A stretch of 35,177 nucleotides of DNA from a virus (Duplodnaviria; Heunggongvirae; Uroviricota; Caudoviricetes). Shown here piece by piece: positions 8,199-17,382 of this stretch. The stretch lies in the IMG/VR virus record IMGVR_UViG_2576861193_000006; one strand, given 5' to 3'. The notes under the pieces are model-generated. The model made no database searches, had not been told where the DNA came from, and saw only the letters and a list, made by a program, of their open reading frames with translations. Each line of letters opens with the position of its first letter. Position 1 is the first letter of the stretch. A program made the translations under genes and the position numbers.

Positions 8199-9013
8199 GT
8201 ATGGAGCTGATGGTTAAAGCGATGAAAATTCGAGTGGGTAATCCATTGCGAAAACTGGTTCTGATCAAGCTGGCTGATAACGCCAGCGATCAGGGTGAGT
8301 GCTGGCCCAGCTACCAGCATATTGCTGACCAGTGCGAGATTAGCAAACGTTCTGTGATGAATCATATTGCGGCTCTTTGTGATTCCGGACTGGTAAAAAA
8401 AGTCACCCGGAAAGGTGAAAAAGGTAACTCAAGTAATATCTATCTCCTTCATCTTGATGGTGCAGGAGATTCACTAGGGGGTAGTGCAAATAATTCACTA
8501 TCTGGTGCAGCAAATTCACCAGGTAGTGCAGGAGTTGCACCAGGGGGTGGTGCAGGAGATTCACCCAGAACCAGTCACTCTTTTGAACCAGTCAAAGAAC
8601 CAGTCAATGAACCAATAGCTGTTGGTGCATCTGCTGATGAGTCTGTGCGAGTTCGTTCAAACCGACCGGAATACTCTCCGGAGTTTGAGCAGGCATGGCT
8701 GGCATACCCCAAACGTGCTGGTGGCAATTCAAAATCTGCAGCCTTCAAAGCCTGGAAAGCCCGTTTGAATGAGGGGGTAAACCCCGAAACCATGCTGGAA
8801 GGTGTGAAACGCTATGCGGGCTGGGTATCTGCGATGGGTAACAGCGGCACACAATTTGTGAAACAGGCTGTCACGTTCTTTGGTCCGGATCGTCATTTCG
8901 AAGAATCCTGGGAAGTTCCTGCGGTATCTGCAGCCAGACGTGAGGATCCGTACTTCAAAGCCAGTTACGACAACGTGGACTACAGCCAGATCCCGGCAGG
9001 ATTCAGGGGGTGA
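8195..9013 (+). CDS. replication initiator protein (winged-helix N-terminal domain, O-like)
   Basis: GGAGGTG 4 nt upstream of ATG 8195; N-terminal wHTH (LIKLADNASDQGECWPSYQHIADQCEISKRSVMNHI); Gly/Ser/Ala-rich linker encoded by iteron-like repeats. Confidence 0.75.
   Translation: MSMELMVKAMKIRVGNPLRKLVLIKLADNASDQGECWPSYQHIADQCEISKRSVMNHIAALCDSGLVKKVTRKGEKGNSSNIYLLHLDGAGDSLGGSANNSLSGAANSPGSAGVAPGGGAGDSPRTSHSFEPVKEPVNEPIAVGASADESVRVRSNRPEYSPEFEQAWLAYPKRAGGNSKSAAFKAWKARLNEGVNPETMLEGVKRYAGWVSAMGNSGTQFVKQAVTFFGPDRHFEESWEVPAVSAARREDPYFKASYDNVDYSQIPAGFRG
8459..8607. repeat. candidate origin of replication: five iterons (consensus GTGCA-N5-TTCAC) at 21-24 bp spacing plus three GAACCAGTCA repeats
   Basis: Iterons ending at 8474, 8498, 8519, 8540, 8564; GAACCAGTCA at 8569, 8585, 8598; embedded in the linker of the replication initiator gene as oriLambda is in gene O. 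Confidence 0.55.
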
Positions 9014-9015
9014 TC

Positions 9016-9504
9016 ATGAGTCTTTTGAATGAAGTTCAGAAATTCATTGAAGCCCATCCGGGGTGTACTTCCGGAGACATTGCGGATGCTTTTGCAGGTT
9101 ACTCACGGCAGCGCGTTCTGCAGTCAGCAAGCAAGTTACGTCAGAGTGGGCGTGTGGCTCACCGTTGTGAAGGAGATACACGCAGACATTTCCCGCGCCT
9201 GACTGAGAGAGCGCAGGAGCCGGAACCACAACCAGTTCGTGAAACCAGACCTGTGCGCAATTTCTATGTCGGCACTAACGATCCCCGGGTGATTTTGTGC
9301 CTGACCCGCCAGGCTGAAGAACTGGAGTCAAGGGGCTTATACCGTCGTGCTGCAACCGTGTGGATGGCGGCATTCCGTGAAAGCCACTCCCAGCCAGAAC
9401 GAAACAATTTTCTGACGCGTCGTGAGCGGTGCTTACGGAAAAGCAGCAAGCGCGCTGCATCGGGTGAAGAGTGGTATCTGTCAGGGAATTACGTGGGGGC
9501 TTAA
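9016..9504 (+). CDS. hypothetical DNA-binding protein (possible PerC-like regulator)
   Basis: ATG at 9016 with G-rich SD; N-terminal wHTH-like segment; C-terminal LESRGLYRRAATVWMAAF motif. Confidence 0.55.
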   Translation: MSLLNEVQKFIEAHPGCTSGDIADAFAGYSRQRVLQSASKLRQSGRVAHRCEGDTRRHFPRLTERAQEPEPQPVRETRPVRNFYVGTNDPRVILCLTRQAEELESRGLYRRAATVWMAAFRESHSQPERNNFLTRRERCLRKSSKRAASGEEWYLSGNYVGA

Positions 9505-10157
9505 TGAGTAATAAATATTGCCAGGCGCTGGTGGAACTGCGGAACAAACCAGCCCATGAACTGAAGGAAGTGGGCGATCAGTGGCGCACGCCGGACAACA
9601 TTTTCTGGGGAATTAACACCCTGTTTGGCCCGTTTGTTCTGGATCTGTTCACTGACGGTGATAACGCCAAATGTGCTGCGTATTACACGGCGGAAGACAA
9701 CGCGCTGGCGCATGACTGGTCAGAACGTCTTGCGGAGCTTAAAGGGGCTGCCTTTGGTAATCCCCCATACAGCCGCGCCAGTCAGCATGAGGGGCAATAC
9801 ATCACCGGCATGCGTTACATCATGAAACATGCCAGTGCCATGCGTGATAAGGGTGGGCGCTATGTTTTCCTGATCAAAGCTGCCACCAGCGAAGTGTGGT
9901 GGCCGGAAGATGCAGACCATATTGCTTTTATTCGCGGGCGTATTGGTTTTGAACTGCCTGCCTGGTTTATCCCGAAGGATGAGAAGCAGGTGCCGACAGG
10001 CGCTTTCTTCGCTGGTGCTATTGCTGTTTTCGACAAGACCTGGAAGGGACCGGCAATCAGCTACATCGGGCGCGATGAACTTGAGGCATGTGGTGAGGCG
10101 TTTTTGGCGCAGGTTCGCCAGCAGGCAGAAAAACTTGTCAGGGAGATGGCGGCATGA
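9504..10157 (+). CDS. dam: phage Dam-type DNA N6-adenine methyltransferase
   Basis: Catalytic FGNPPYS motif; ATG overlaps upstream stop (TAATG). Confidence 0.85.
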   Translation: MSNKYCQALVELRNKPAHELKEVGDQWRTPDNIFWGINTLFGPFVLDLFTDGDNAKCAAYYTAEDNALAHDWSERLAELKGAAFGNPPYSRASQHEGQYITGMRYIMKHASAMRDKGGRYVFLIKAATSEVWWPEDADHIAFIRGRIGFELPAWFIPKDEKQVPTGAFFAGAIAVFDKTWKGPAISYIGRDELEACGEAFLAQVRQQAEKLVREMAA

Positions 10158-10480
10158 CGACGTTAACTCAATGCCAGCAGCAGGTGCTGGATATGCTGAT
10201 TTCTTACCAGCAAGAGCGTGGCTTTCCGCCAACCAATCAGGAGGTGGCAACCATGCTGGGATACCGTTCAGTGAATGCAGCGGTGGAGCATCTTCGCGCA
10301 CTGGAGAAAAAAGGTGTCATCACGATAAAGCGTGGCGTGGCCCGGGGGATAACGCTTCATACCGCAGTGAAGGACGACGACAGCGAAGCGGTCGGTATCA
10401 TCCGCGCACTGCTTGCCGGTGAGGAGAACGCCAGGCTGCGTGCAGCCCACTGGTTACATGAGAGGGGCCTGAAAGTATGA
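10154..10480 (+). CDS. LexA N-terminal DNA-binding-domain protein (no peptidase domain)
   Basis: LTQCQQQVLDMLISYQQERGFPPTNQEVATMLGYRSVNAAVEHLRALEKKGVI resembles the LexA winged-helix domain; ORF ends after 108 aa. Confidence 0.7.
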   Translation: MTTLTQCQQQVLDMLISYQQERGFPPTNQEVATMLGYRSVNAAVEHLRALEKKGVITIKRGVARGITLHTAVKDDDSEAVGIIRALLAGEENARLRAAHWLHERGLKV

Positions 10481-10866
10481 AGTTGATCCTGCCTTTCCCG
10501 CCCAGTGTGAACACGTACTGGCGACACCCCAACAAAGGGGCATTTGCTGGTAAGAGCCTGATAAGCGAGGCGGGGCGAAAATTTCAGAGCGCGGCGTGCG
10601 CAGCAATAGTTGAGCAGTTACGTCGTCTGCCGAAACCAACGTCGGCACCTGCTTCAGTGGAGATCGTGTTGTTTCCTCCGGATAACCGGATCCGCGATCT
10701 GGACAACTATAACAAGGCGCTGTTTGACGCCCTGACCCACGCGGGTGTGTGGGAAGACGACAGACAGGTGAAAAGAATGCTGGTGGAGTGGGGACCGGTT
10801 ATCCCGAAAGGGAAGGTCGAGATCACTATCAGTAAGTATGAGAAACCGGCGGGTGCAGCCGCCTGA
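10477..10866 (+). CDS. rusA: RusA Holliday junction resolvase
   Basis: Canonical RusA N-terminus MKLILPFPPSVNTYWR and acidic catalytic residues. Confidence 0.9.
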   Translation: MKLILPFPPSVNTYWRHPNKGAFAGKSLISEAGRKFQSAACAAIVEQLRRLPKPTSAPASVEIVLFPPDNRIRDLDNYNKALFDALTHAGVWEDDRQVKRMLVEWGPVIPKGKVEITISKYEKPAGAAA

Positions 10867-10885
10867 TTAAGAGGAGAAACGAAGT

Positions 10886-11695
10886 ATGAATAATCTGATG
10901 GTCATTGATGGTATTGAAGTTCGTCGTGATGCTTATGGGCGTTACAGCCTGAACGATCTGCATCGCGCAGCAGTAGCATCTGGTGCAAATGCCAGAACCA
11001 AGGAGCCAGGAAAGTTTCTTTCCAGCCAACAAACTGTTGAGCTTGTTCATGAATTGACCAACACCCAGAATTTGGGTGTTGACCCGGTGAGTGTGATTCA
11101 TGGGGGAAATGAACGGGGAACGTATGTCTGCAAGGAACTGGTGTATGCCTATGCAATGTGGATCAGCCCGTCATTCCATCTGAAGGTGATCCGTACTTTC
11201 GACATGGTAACCAGCGCACCGGAAAAATTATCCGGACAGGCTGCTGACAAGATGCAGGCTGGTGTGATTCTGCTGGACTTTATGCGCCGGGAATTAAACC
11301 TGTCTAACTCTTCAGTGCTTGGTGCCTGTCAGAAACTCCAGGAGGCTGTTGGCTTACCGAATCTGGCACCGCGCTATGCCATTGATGCTCCTGCTGACGC
11401 GCCTGATGGCTCAAGTCGTCCTACGCTGTCGCTGAGTGCACTGCTGAAACAGTATGGTATCCGCCTTACGGCTAATCAGGCATATCACCAGATGGCGAAG
11501 CTGGGGATCGTTGAACAACGCGAACGATACAGCCGTACCGCGATTAACAACATCAAAAAATTCTGGTCGCTGACAGCGAAAGGTTGCATGTTCGGCAAGA
11601 ACATCACCAGTCCCGCAAATCCGCGCGAGACGCAGCCGCATTTCTTCGAATCCCGATTCCCTGAGCTGTTAAAGCTGCTCGATACCGTTCATTGA
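10886..11695 (+). CDS. KilA-N domain protein
   Basis: N-terminal KilA-N-like region (YSLNDLHRAAV ... KELVYAYAMWISPSFHLKVIRTFD); GAGGAG upstream of ATG. Confidence 0.75.
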   Translation: MNNLMVIDGIEVRRDAYGRYSLNDLHRAAVASGANARTKEPGKFLSSQQTVELVHELTNTQNLGVDPVSVIHGGNERGTYVCKELVYAYAMWISPSFHLKVIRTFDMVTSAPEKLSGQAADKMQAGVILLDFMRRELNLSNSSVLGACQKLQEAVGLPNLAPRYAIDAPADAPDGSSRPTLSLSALLKQYGIRLTANQAYHQMAKLGIVEQRERYSRTAINNIKKFWSLTAKGCMFGKNITSPANPRETQPHFFESRFPELLKLLDTVH

Positions 11696-11696
11696 G

Positions 11697-12692
11697 GTGA
11701 CCGTGAGAGCACTACTGACCCCTGAAATTGCCCCGCGTATGGGGATCGTATTGTTCAGGCCAGGTTCAGAGCTGATGCCCCTGTTTATGCAGGGGCGTGT
11801 CCTGCTGGAGCCTGAGCCGGAACGTTATTCATCTTTCGCCAGTGGTGTCGTTCCGGCGGCATCACAACCGCTGGCGGATGATCCTGCCGTTCGGGCCGTG
11901 TTCCGCAATGAGGAAGTGATCCGTCGTGCTGGTGGCGTGGAATGTCTTGAAAGCTGGTTACTTCGTGAAAAAGGCTGCCAGTGGCCTCATTCCGACTGGC
12001 ACAGCGAGAACATGACAACAATGCGACACGCGCCGGGCGCAATCCGTCTGTGCTGGCACTGCGATAACCAGCTGCGCGATCAGTTCACGGAACGGCTGGA
12101 ATCAATGGCAACGGATAACTGTGCCCGCTGGGTGTTGTCTGTTGTGCGTCGGGATCTCGGTTTTGATGATAGTCACGTTGTGACAATGCCGGAACTGTGC
12201 TGGTGGCTGATTCGTAATGACCTGGCGGATGCCTTACCGGAAAGTGCAGCCCGTAAGGCACTGAGATTACCGAAGCCTGTTGTGCCGTCTGTCACCCGGG
12301 AAAGTGACCTTGTGCCTTCGGTTCCTGCCACCAGCATCATCCAGGATAAGGCGAAAAAGGTGCTGGCGCTGAAAGTGGATCCGGAGTCGCCGGAGTCTTT
12401 TATGTTACGCCCAAAACGTCGCCGCTGGGTTAATGAAAAGTACACACGCTGGGTTAAGACACAGCCGTGTGCATGTTGTGGAAAGCCTGCTGATGATCCC
12501 CACCACCTGATAGGCCACGGTCAGGGGGGAATGGGTACAAAAGCGCATGACCTCTTTGTGTTGCCTTTGTGCAGAAAGCATCACGACGAGCTGCATGCGG
12601 ATACCGTGGCATTTGAAGAGAAGTATGGCTCCCAGCTGGAGCTGATATTTCGTTTTATCGATCGTGCGCTGGCAATTGGCGTGCTGGCCTGA
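11697..12692 (+). CDS. DUF968 domain protein (Cys/His-rich C-terminal domain, YdfU-like)
   Basis: C-terminal [44 protein letters not shown]; GTG start 1 nt after upstream stop. Confidence 0.7.
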   Translation: MTVRALLTPEIAPRMGIVLFRPGSELMPLFMQGRVLLEPEPERYSSFASGVVPAASQPLADDPAVRAVFRNEEVIRRAGGVECLESWLLREKGCQWPHSDWHSENMTTMRHAPGAIRLCWHCDNQLRDQFTERLESMATDNCARWVLSVVRRDLGFDDSHVVTMPELCWWLIRNDLADALPESAARKALRLPKPVVPSVTRESDLVPSVPATSIIQDKAKKVLALKVDPESPESFMLRPKRRRWVNEKYTRWVKTQPCACCGKPADDPHHLIGHGQGGMGTKAHDLFVLPLCRKHHDELHADTVAFEEKYGSQLELIFRFIDRALAIGVLA

Positions 12693-12709
12693 TTTTGTGG
12701 AGAACGTTG

Positions 12710-13075
12710 ATGCGTGATATTCAAATGGTTCTTGAACGTTGGGGGGCATGGGTGGCAAATAATCACGAGGATGTCACCTGGTCGTCTATTGCTGCAGGAT
12801 TTAAAGGACTAATCCCTTCAAAAGTAAAATCCCGCCCGCAATGTTGTGACGATGATGCGATGATCATTTGTGGGTGCATGGCTCGCCTGAAAAAGAACAA
12901 CAGCGATTTGCACGATTTATTAGTGGATTATTATGTAGGTGGTATGACGTTTATGGCGCTTGCCCGTAAACATGGGCGTTCTGATTGCTGGGTTGGGCGT
13001 TTATTGCAAAAGGCTGAAGGTGTAGTTGATGGCATGTTAATGATGTTAGAAATTGAGCTAGAGATGGATCGTTAG
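12710..13075 (+). CDS. Q: late-gene antiterminator Q (phage 82/21 / QuuD type)
   Basis: [36 protein letters not shown]; GGAG 7 nt upstream of ATG 12710; located just before the late promoter region. Confidence 0.85.
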   Translation: MRDIQMVLERWGAWVANNHEDVTWSSIAAGFKGLIPSKVKSRPQCCDDDAMIICGCMARLKKNNSDLHDLLVDYYVGGMTFMALARKHGRSDCWVGRLLQKAEGVVDGMLMMLEIELEMDR

Positions 13076-13116
13076 AAGACCTCTTATTGAGGGGGTAATT
13101 GAATCAGTTTAATGTG

Positions 13117-13150
13117 TGGGGAGTCGATTTATTCTCCCCATTTTATTTAA
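13117..13150 (+). terminator. hairpin terminator after Q
   Basis: GGGGAG/CTCCCC stem (13118-13123/13134-13139) followed by ATTTTATTT. Confidence 0.45.
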
Positions 13151-13159
13151 TTAATTTAC

Positions 13160-13606
13160 TTAAGGTTTTAATTCATCAAGACGTTGTTGGATAGTGTTTT
13201 TGCTTGCGTTGTCTGTTATAGCCATTTGTTGTACTTGCCCCATTGCCATTTGAGTTTCCATCCACATATCGGCCCACACTTTTGTATCGTTATTAACTTG
13301 AGCGATAGTAAATCTGACTTTTGATACCGGGGTTGTTGAATAGGCATTGCCGATTAACATTTGTCCAAAAACAGCAGACCCGCCTTCCAGTTCTTTACCA
13401 CATATAACACTGCTGTTATCAGCGTTGTAAATTATCAACCCTCTACTATTGCAGTAATTCACAAGGGCATCTTTGACTTTATCTTTTGTCGTATTTTGAT
13501 AAACCCCCTCAGGTTTTCCTGATTGAGTTTTTTTTATCAATGGTACGGAAGAAGTACAACCTGAAATGATAGTTGCGCTAAGTAATAGTACAGTCATTTT
13601 ATTCAT
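13160..13606 (-). CDS. lipoprotein (moron), 148 aa, unknown function
   Basis: Signal peptide with lipobox LLSATIISG-C; antisense to the phage late operon; AT-rich island 13080-13850. Confidence 0.8.
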   Translation of the reverse strand: MNKMTVLLLSATIISGCTSSVPLIKKTQSGKPEGVYQNTTKDKVKDALVNYCNSRGLIIYNADNSSVICGKELEGGSAVFGQMLIGNAYSTTPVSKVRFTIAQVNNDTKVWADMWMETQMAMGQVQQMAITDNASKNTIQQRLDELKP

Positions 13607-13671
13607 GTTTCTTATCCATTGTTAAGGGCATACCTACACAATTATTTTTATTGGAGATGAATAATCAACCG

Positions 13672-13699
13672 TTTACAATCGTAAAAAATCAAATATGCT
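13672..13699 (+). promoter_or_regulatory. candidate late promoter PR'
   Basis: TTTACA (13672-13677), 16-nt spacer, TATGCT (13694-13699); about 30 nt upstream of a strong terminator, as for lambda PR'/tR'. Confidence 0.4.
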
Positions 13700-13728
13700 G
13701 TTAAGAGTGGTTACTTCGCCACACAACT

Positions 13729-13756
13729 TAAACCCGCCACTGAGCGGGTTTTTTGT
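13729..13756 (+). terminator. rho-independent terminator (tR'-like)
   Basis: AACCCGC-CACTGA-GCGGGTT followed by TTTTTG. Confidence 0.6.
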
Positions 13757-13852
13757 ACCTGTAAACTTGGTGCAGTACAGTAAACACGCTGGTGGTCGTG
13801 AATACTGACTTTTTATCTTGCTGGCTTTTTAGACAAGAGTTATTGGTATGTC

Positions 13853-14080
13853 ATGTTAACCAGAAGGGAAAAAGACATGCTAAAACAGCAAGATATGACA
13901 GAAACCGCCGCCGCAGTCCTTCATTTCTTACCTGCTGACAAGTGGGTAACGCCACGCATGATGACGAGAACTACCGGAGTAAGCGAAGCCCAGTGCCAGT
14001 TAATACTGACTCAGTTAGTTCTGGCGGGTCTGGCGAAGGATAACGGCGGGTACGGGAATAAATTCAGACGCTGCCAGTAA
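13853..14080 (+). CDS. small hypothetical protein (75 aa), possible winged-helix
   Basis: ORF immediately upstream of the methyltransferase; LILTQLVLAGLAKDNG segment; weak RBS. Confidence 0.45.
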   Translation: MLTRREKDMLKQQDMTETAAAVLHFLPADKWVTPRMMTRTTGVSEAQCQLILTQLVLAGLAKDNGGYGNKFRRCQ

Positions 14081-14230
14081 TGGCGGTTTCCTGCTGTGAA
14101 AATGGGCGGCTGGTGGGTGTTGGTAGCACCTGCCAGCCATTCGCTCATGCTTACTGGTCACAAGCGAACCACGGCCCACTGCTTTAGCGCAAAAGCAGAG
14201 TGAGCCTACCAGAGTTACGCTTACTGATCC

Positions 14231-15283
14231 ATGAAAAATACTGTAAAAATAAACAGTGTTGATTTAATCAACGCTGATTGCCTGCATTTTATTCAGTCCC
14301 TGCCTGATAACTCCATTGATCTGATTGTTACCGATCCGCCGTACTTCAAAGTGAAGCCCAACGGCTGGGACAATCAGTGGAAAGGGGACGAAGATTACCT
14401 GAAGTGGCTGGACCACTGTCTGGCCCAGTTCTGGCGGGTACTGAAACCAGCCGGAAGCCTTTACCTGTTCTGTGGGCATCGCCTGGCATCTGATATTGAG
14501 ATCATGATGCGTGAACGTTTCAACGTGCTTAACCATATCATCTGGGCGAAGCCGTCCGGACGTTGGAATGGGTGTAATAAAGAAAGTCTGCGTGCATATT
14601 TTCCTGCCACAGAGCGCGTTCTGTTTGCTGAACATTACCAGGGGCCATATCGCGGCAAAAGTGACGGCTATGCGGCAAAAGAAAGGGAACTCAAACAGCA
14701 CATAATGGCACCGCTGATTTCGTATTTCAGGGATGCTCGTGCCGAACTGGGTATAACGGCAAAACAAATTGCCGAAGCCACAGGTAAGAAAAATATGGTT
14801 TCCCACTGGTTTGGTGCCAGTCAGTGGCAGTTGCCGAATGAGGCTGACTATCGGAAGTTACAGGCACTGTTTTCCCGTATAGCGGCAGAGAAGTTTCAGG
14901 AACAACAACTGGAACAACCACACCACCAGCTGGTGGCATCTTATGATTCACTGAATCGCAAATATTCTGAATTGCTGGATGAGTTTAAATCTCTCCGGCG
15001 CTATTTCTCCGTATCAGTCTCCGTGCCTTATACCGATGTCTGGATGCATAAACCCGTTCAGTTCTACCCGGGGAAACATCCGTGTGAGAAACCGGCGGAT
15101 ATGCTCAGGCAAATAATCAATGCCAGTAGTCGACCTGGTGATCTGGTTGCTGATTTTTTTATGGGATCCGGTTCCACAATAAAAGCAGCAATGGCGCTGG
15201 GGCGTCGGGCCTTAGGTGTTGAGCTTGAGTCAGAGCGGTTTAATCAGACAGTGAAAGAGATAAACGAGCTGGTGGGGAAATAA
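14231..15283 (+). CDS. orphan DNA methyltransferase (N6-adenine/N4-cytosine, beta class)
   Basis: Catalytic DPPY (LIVTDPPYF) near the N-terminus and AdoMet motif FFMGSGST near the C-terminus; no adjacent restriction endonuclease. Confidence 0.85.
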
Positions 15284-15287
15284 TCTG

Positions 15288-15316
15288 GTGGCCACGTCAG
15301 GTGGCCTTTTTATTTC
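15288..15316 (+). terminator. rho-independent terminator between methyltransferase and holin
   Basis: GGCCAC-GTCAG-GTGGCC followed by TTTTTATTT. Confidence 0.55.
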
Positions 15317-15350
15317 CATTACACAGCACCCGCATCTGCGAGGTGGGGTT

Positions 15351-15566
15351 ATGAAATCCATGGATAAGTTAACAACGGGTGTCGCCTATGGCACCTCAGC
15401 AGGTAGTGCCGGGTACTGGTTTTTACAGTTGCTCGATAAAGTCACGCCCTCACAGTGGGCGGCAATAGGTGTGCTGGGTAGTCTGGTATTTGGCCTGCTG
15501 ACGTACCTGACAAACCTTTATTTCAAGATTAAAGAAGATAAGCGCAAGGCTGCGAGAGGTGAATAA
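15351..15566 (+). CDS. S: class II holin, phage 21 S-type (pinholin) with dual-start motif
   Basis: [31 protein letters not shown]... closely matches S21; two in-frame ATGs (15351, 15360); GAGGTGG upstream. Confidence 0.85.
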
Positions 15567-16063
15567 TGCCTCCATCATTACGAAAAGCAGTTGCTGCTGC
15601 TATTGGTGGCGGAGCAATTGCTATAGCATCAGTGTTAATCACTGGTCCGAGTGGTGACGATGGCCTGGAAGGTGTCAGCTACATACCATACAAAGATATC
15701 GTTGGCGTATGGACTGTATGTCACGGACACACCGGAAAAGACATCATGCTCGGTAAAACGTATACCGAAGCAGAATGCAAAGCCCTCCTGAATAAAGACC
15801 TTGCCACTGTCGCCAGACAAATTAACCCGTACATCAAAGTCGATATACCGGAAACAACGCGCGGCGCTCTTTACTCGTTCGTTTACAACGTGGGCGCTGG
15901 CAATTTCAGAACATCGACGCTTCTTCGCAAAATAAACCAGGGCGATATCAAAGGCGCATGTGATCAGCTACGGCGCTGGACATACGCTGGCGGTAAGCAA
16001 TGGAAAGGGCTGATGACTCGTCGTGAGATTGAGCGTGAAGTCTGTTTGTGGGGGCAACAATGA
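15566..16063 (+). CDS. R: SAR endolysin (lysozyme with N-terminal signal-anchor-release domain)
   Basis: N-terminal Gly/Ala-rich SAR segment [18 protein letters not shown]; lysozyme catalytic region; TAATG overlap with holin. Confidence 0.9.
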   Translation: MPPSLRKAVAAAIGGGAIAIASVLITGPSGDDGLEGVSYIPYKDIVGVWTVCHGHTGKDIMLGKTYTEAECKALLNKDLATVARQINPYIKVDIPETTRGALYSFVYNVGAGNFRTSTLLRKINQGDIKGACDQLRRWTYAGGKQWKGLMTRREIEREVCLWGQQ

Positions 16064-16527
16064 GCAGAGTAACCGCGATTATCTCCGCTCTGGTTATCTG
16101 CATCATCGTCTGCCTGTCGTGGGCGGTCAATCATTACCGTGATAACGCCATCGCCTACAAAGAACAGCGAGATAAAAAAGTCAGTGAGCTGAAGCAGGCG
16201 ACCGCCACCATTACTGACATGCAGCAGCGCCAGCGTTCTGCTGATGCACTCGATGCTAAATACACGAAGGAGTTAGCTGATGCGAAAGCTAAAAATGATG
16301 CTCTTCGGCGCAAGCTTGATAATGGTGGTCGGGTGCTCGTCAAAGGAAAATGCTCTGTGCCATCCTCAGCCGAAACCTCCAGCGCCTCCGGCATGGGCAA
16401 TGATGCCACCGTCGAACTCTCTCCAGTTGCTGGACGAAACGTTCTCGGTATCCGGGACGGAATCATCAGAGACCAGACAGCACTGAGAACGCTTCAGGAA
16501 TATATCAGGACGCAATGCCTTCGATGA
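16060..16527 (+). CDS. Rz: Rz i-spanin
   Basis: N-terminal TM segment then coiled-coil; ATGA overlap with endolysin stop. Confidence 0.85.
   Translation: MSRVTAIISALVICIIVCLSWAVNHYRDNAIAYKEQRDKKVSELKQATATITDMQQRQRSADALDAKYTKELADAKAKNDALRRKLDNGGRVLVKGKCSVPSSAETSSASGMGNDATVELSPVAGRNVLGIRDGIIRDQTALRTLQEYIRTQCLR
16280..16486 (+). CDS. Rz1: Rz1 o-spanin lipoprotein, embedded in the +1 frame of Rz
   Basis: [19 protein letters not shown] lipobox then Pro-rich segment; entirely inside Rz; AAGGAG upstream. Confidence 0.8.
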   Translation: MRKLKMMLFGASLIMVVGCSSKENALCHPQPKPPAPPAWAMMPPSNSLQLLDETFSVSGTESSETRQH

Positions 16528-16700
16528 TAGCGATAATTTTACTCATCATCCTTCACATCTGGCTCTGTAGACAGGGTGGTGATCACTTCTGGAGTGAATC
16601 CAGATTAAACATCTCATTGCTGATGCTTGAAGTTGAGCATCTGGCGCGCGGTAAGGGGCTGCGTTGAAATAAGAGCCAGTCATTACAAATACCAGGATTT

Positions 16701-16727
16701 AGCCTCGTATTCGCGGGGCTTTTTATT
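16701..16727 (+). terminator. rho-independent terminator after the lysis cassette
   Basis: AGCCTCG-TATTCG-CGGGGCT followed by TTTTTATT. Confidence 0.55.
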
Positions 16728-16738
16728 GCCATTACAAA

Positions 16739-16768
16739 AGCCACTCCCTACAGAGTGGCTTTGATAAT
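16739..16768 (+). terminator. second hairpin (AGCCACTC/GAGTGGCT), weaker terminator-like
   Basis: Perfect 8-bp stem, 6-nt loop, followed by TTGATAAT. Confidence 0.35.
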
Positions 16769-16786
16769 GGCTTATACCCTACACGG

Positions 16787-16860
16787 GATAACTTAACTGA
16801 TATCCCTTTTAACGGATATATCCCTTTTAAACTTAACTGATATCCCTTTTAACGGATAAA
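16787..16860. repeat. direct repeats: two copies of 28-bp ACTTAACTGATATCCCTTTTAACGGATA (period 40) with a third copy of the inner TATCCCTTTTAA
   Basis: Copies at 16791-16818 and 16831-16858; inner motif also at 16819-16830. Confidence 0.85.
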
Positions 16861-17193
16861 GGTATTCAAGCCTGACACATCATGCGCTGTATCGTCGCCG
16901 TATTCCCGTATTAACAGAGACCGTAGCCCGACGGGGAACTCCTTCTGCGAGAGTGTGCGGGAATAATCAAAAACGATGCACACCGGGTTTTTACCGCGTT
17001 TATGGTTCGCGGGTTTGTCCCTCATGCTCGCCAGTCCTGTGCGGGGGTGGAAGAAACAGGACACTTACACAGATTCTTGTGGGCGCGATGCTATGCCTTT
17101 CTGGATTATCCCGATGCCATTCATGCAAGGCGTTGTATCAGACGTTCGTCAGAGCTGTCAGGCTGACGGGTCCTCCCGGTGGGGTGGCCTGCC

Positions 17194-17213
17194 ACGGGGC
17201 GGGAGCGTCGCGG
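17194..17213. other. cos: candidate cos site (cosN-like ACGGGGCGGGAGCGTCGCGG)
   Basis: Remembered similarity to the lambda cosN context ACGGGGCGGCGACCTCGCGG; lies 170-190 bp upstream of the small terminase gene. Confidence 0.35.
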
Positions 17214-17382
17214 AAAAAGGCTAGTTTTTGCATTTTTATCGGCCACCATCATCTTTGCATCTTATTGATTATTAATGGTTGTTTGTTTTATGTATGTCGA
17301 ATTGAGTGTTTTTTGTTCGACATCGAACGCGTTTTCTTAAAGTTGTTCGCACGATGCATGTTTAAAGCTCTCCGGAGGAAAT

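Noticed and set aside
13600-14230. Possible tRNA genes in the Q-to-lysis region (as in Stx phages)
   Set aside because: No segment showed a convincing cloverleaf with conserved tRNA features on inspection; a tRNAscan run would be needed to be sure
14264-14806. 180-aa minus-strand ORF
   Set aside because: Antisense to the DPPY methyltransferase gene
13076-15350. Shiga toxin or other known toxin genes at the Q-S locus
   Set aside because: The ORFs here are a lipoprotein, a small wHTH-like protein and a methyltransferase; nothing resembles StxA/StxB
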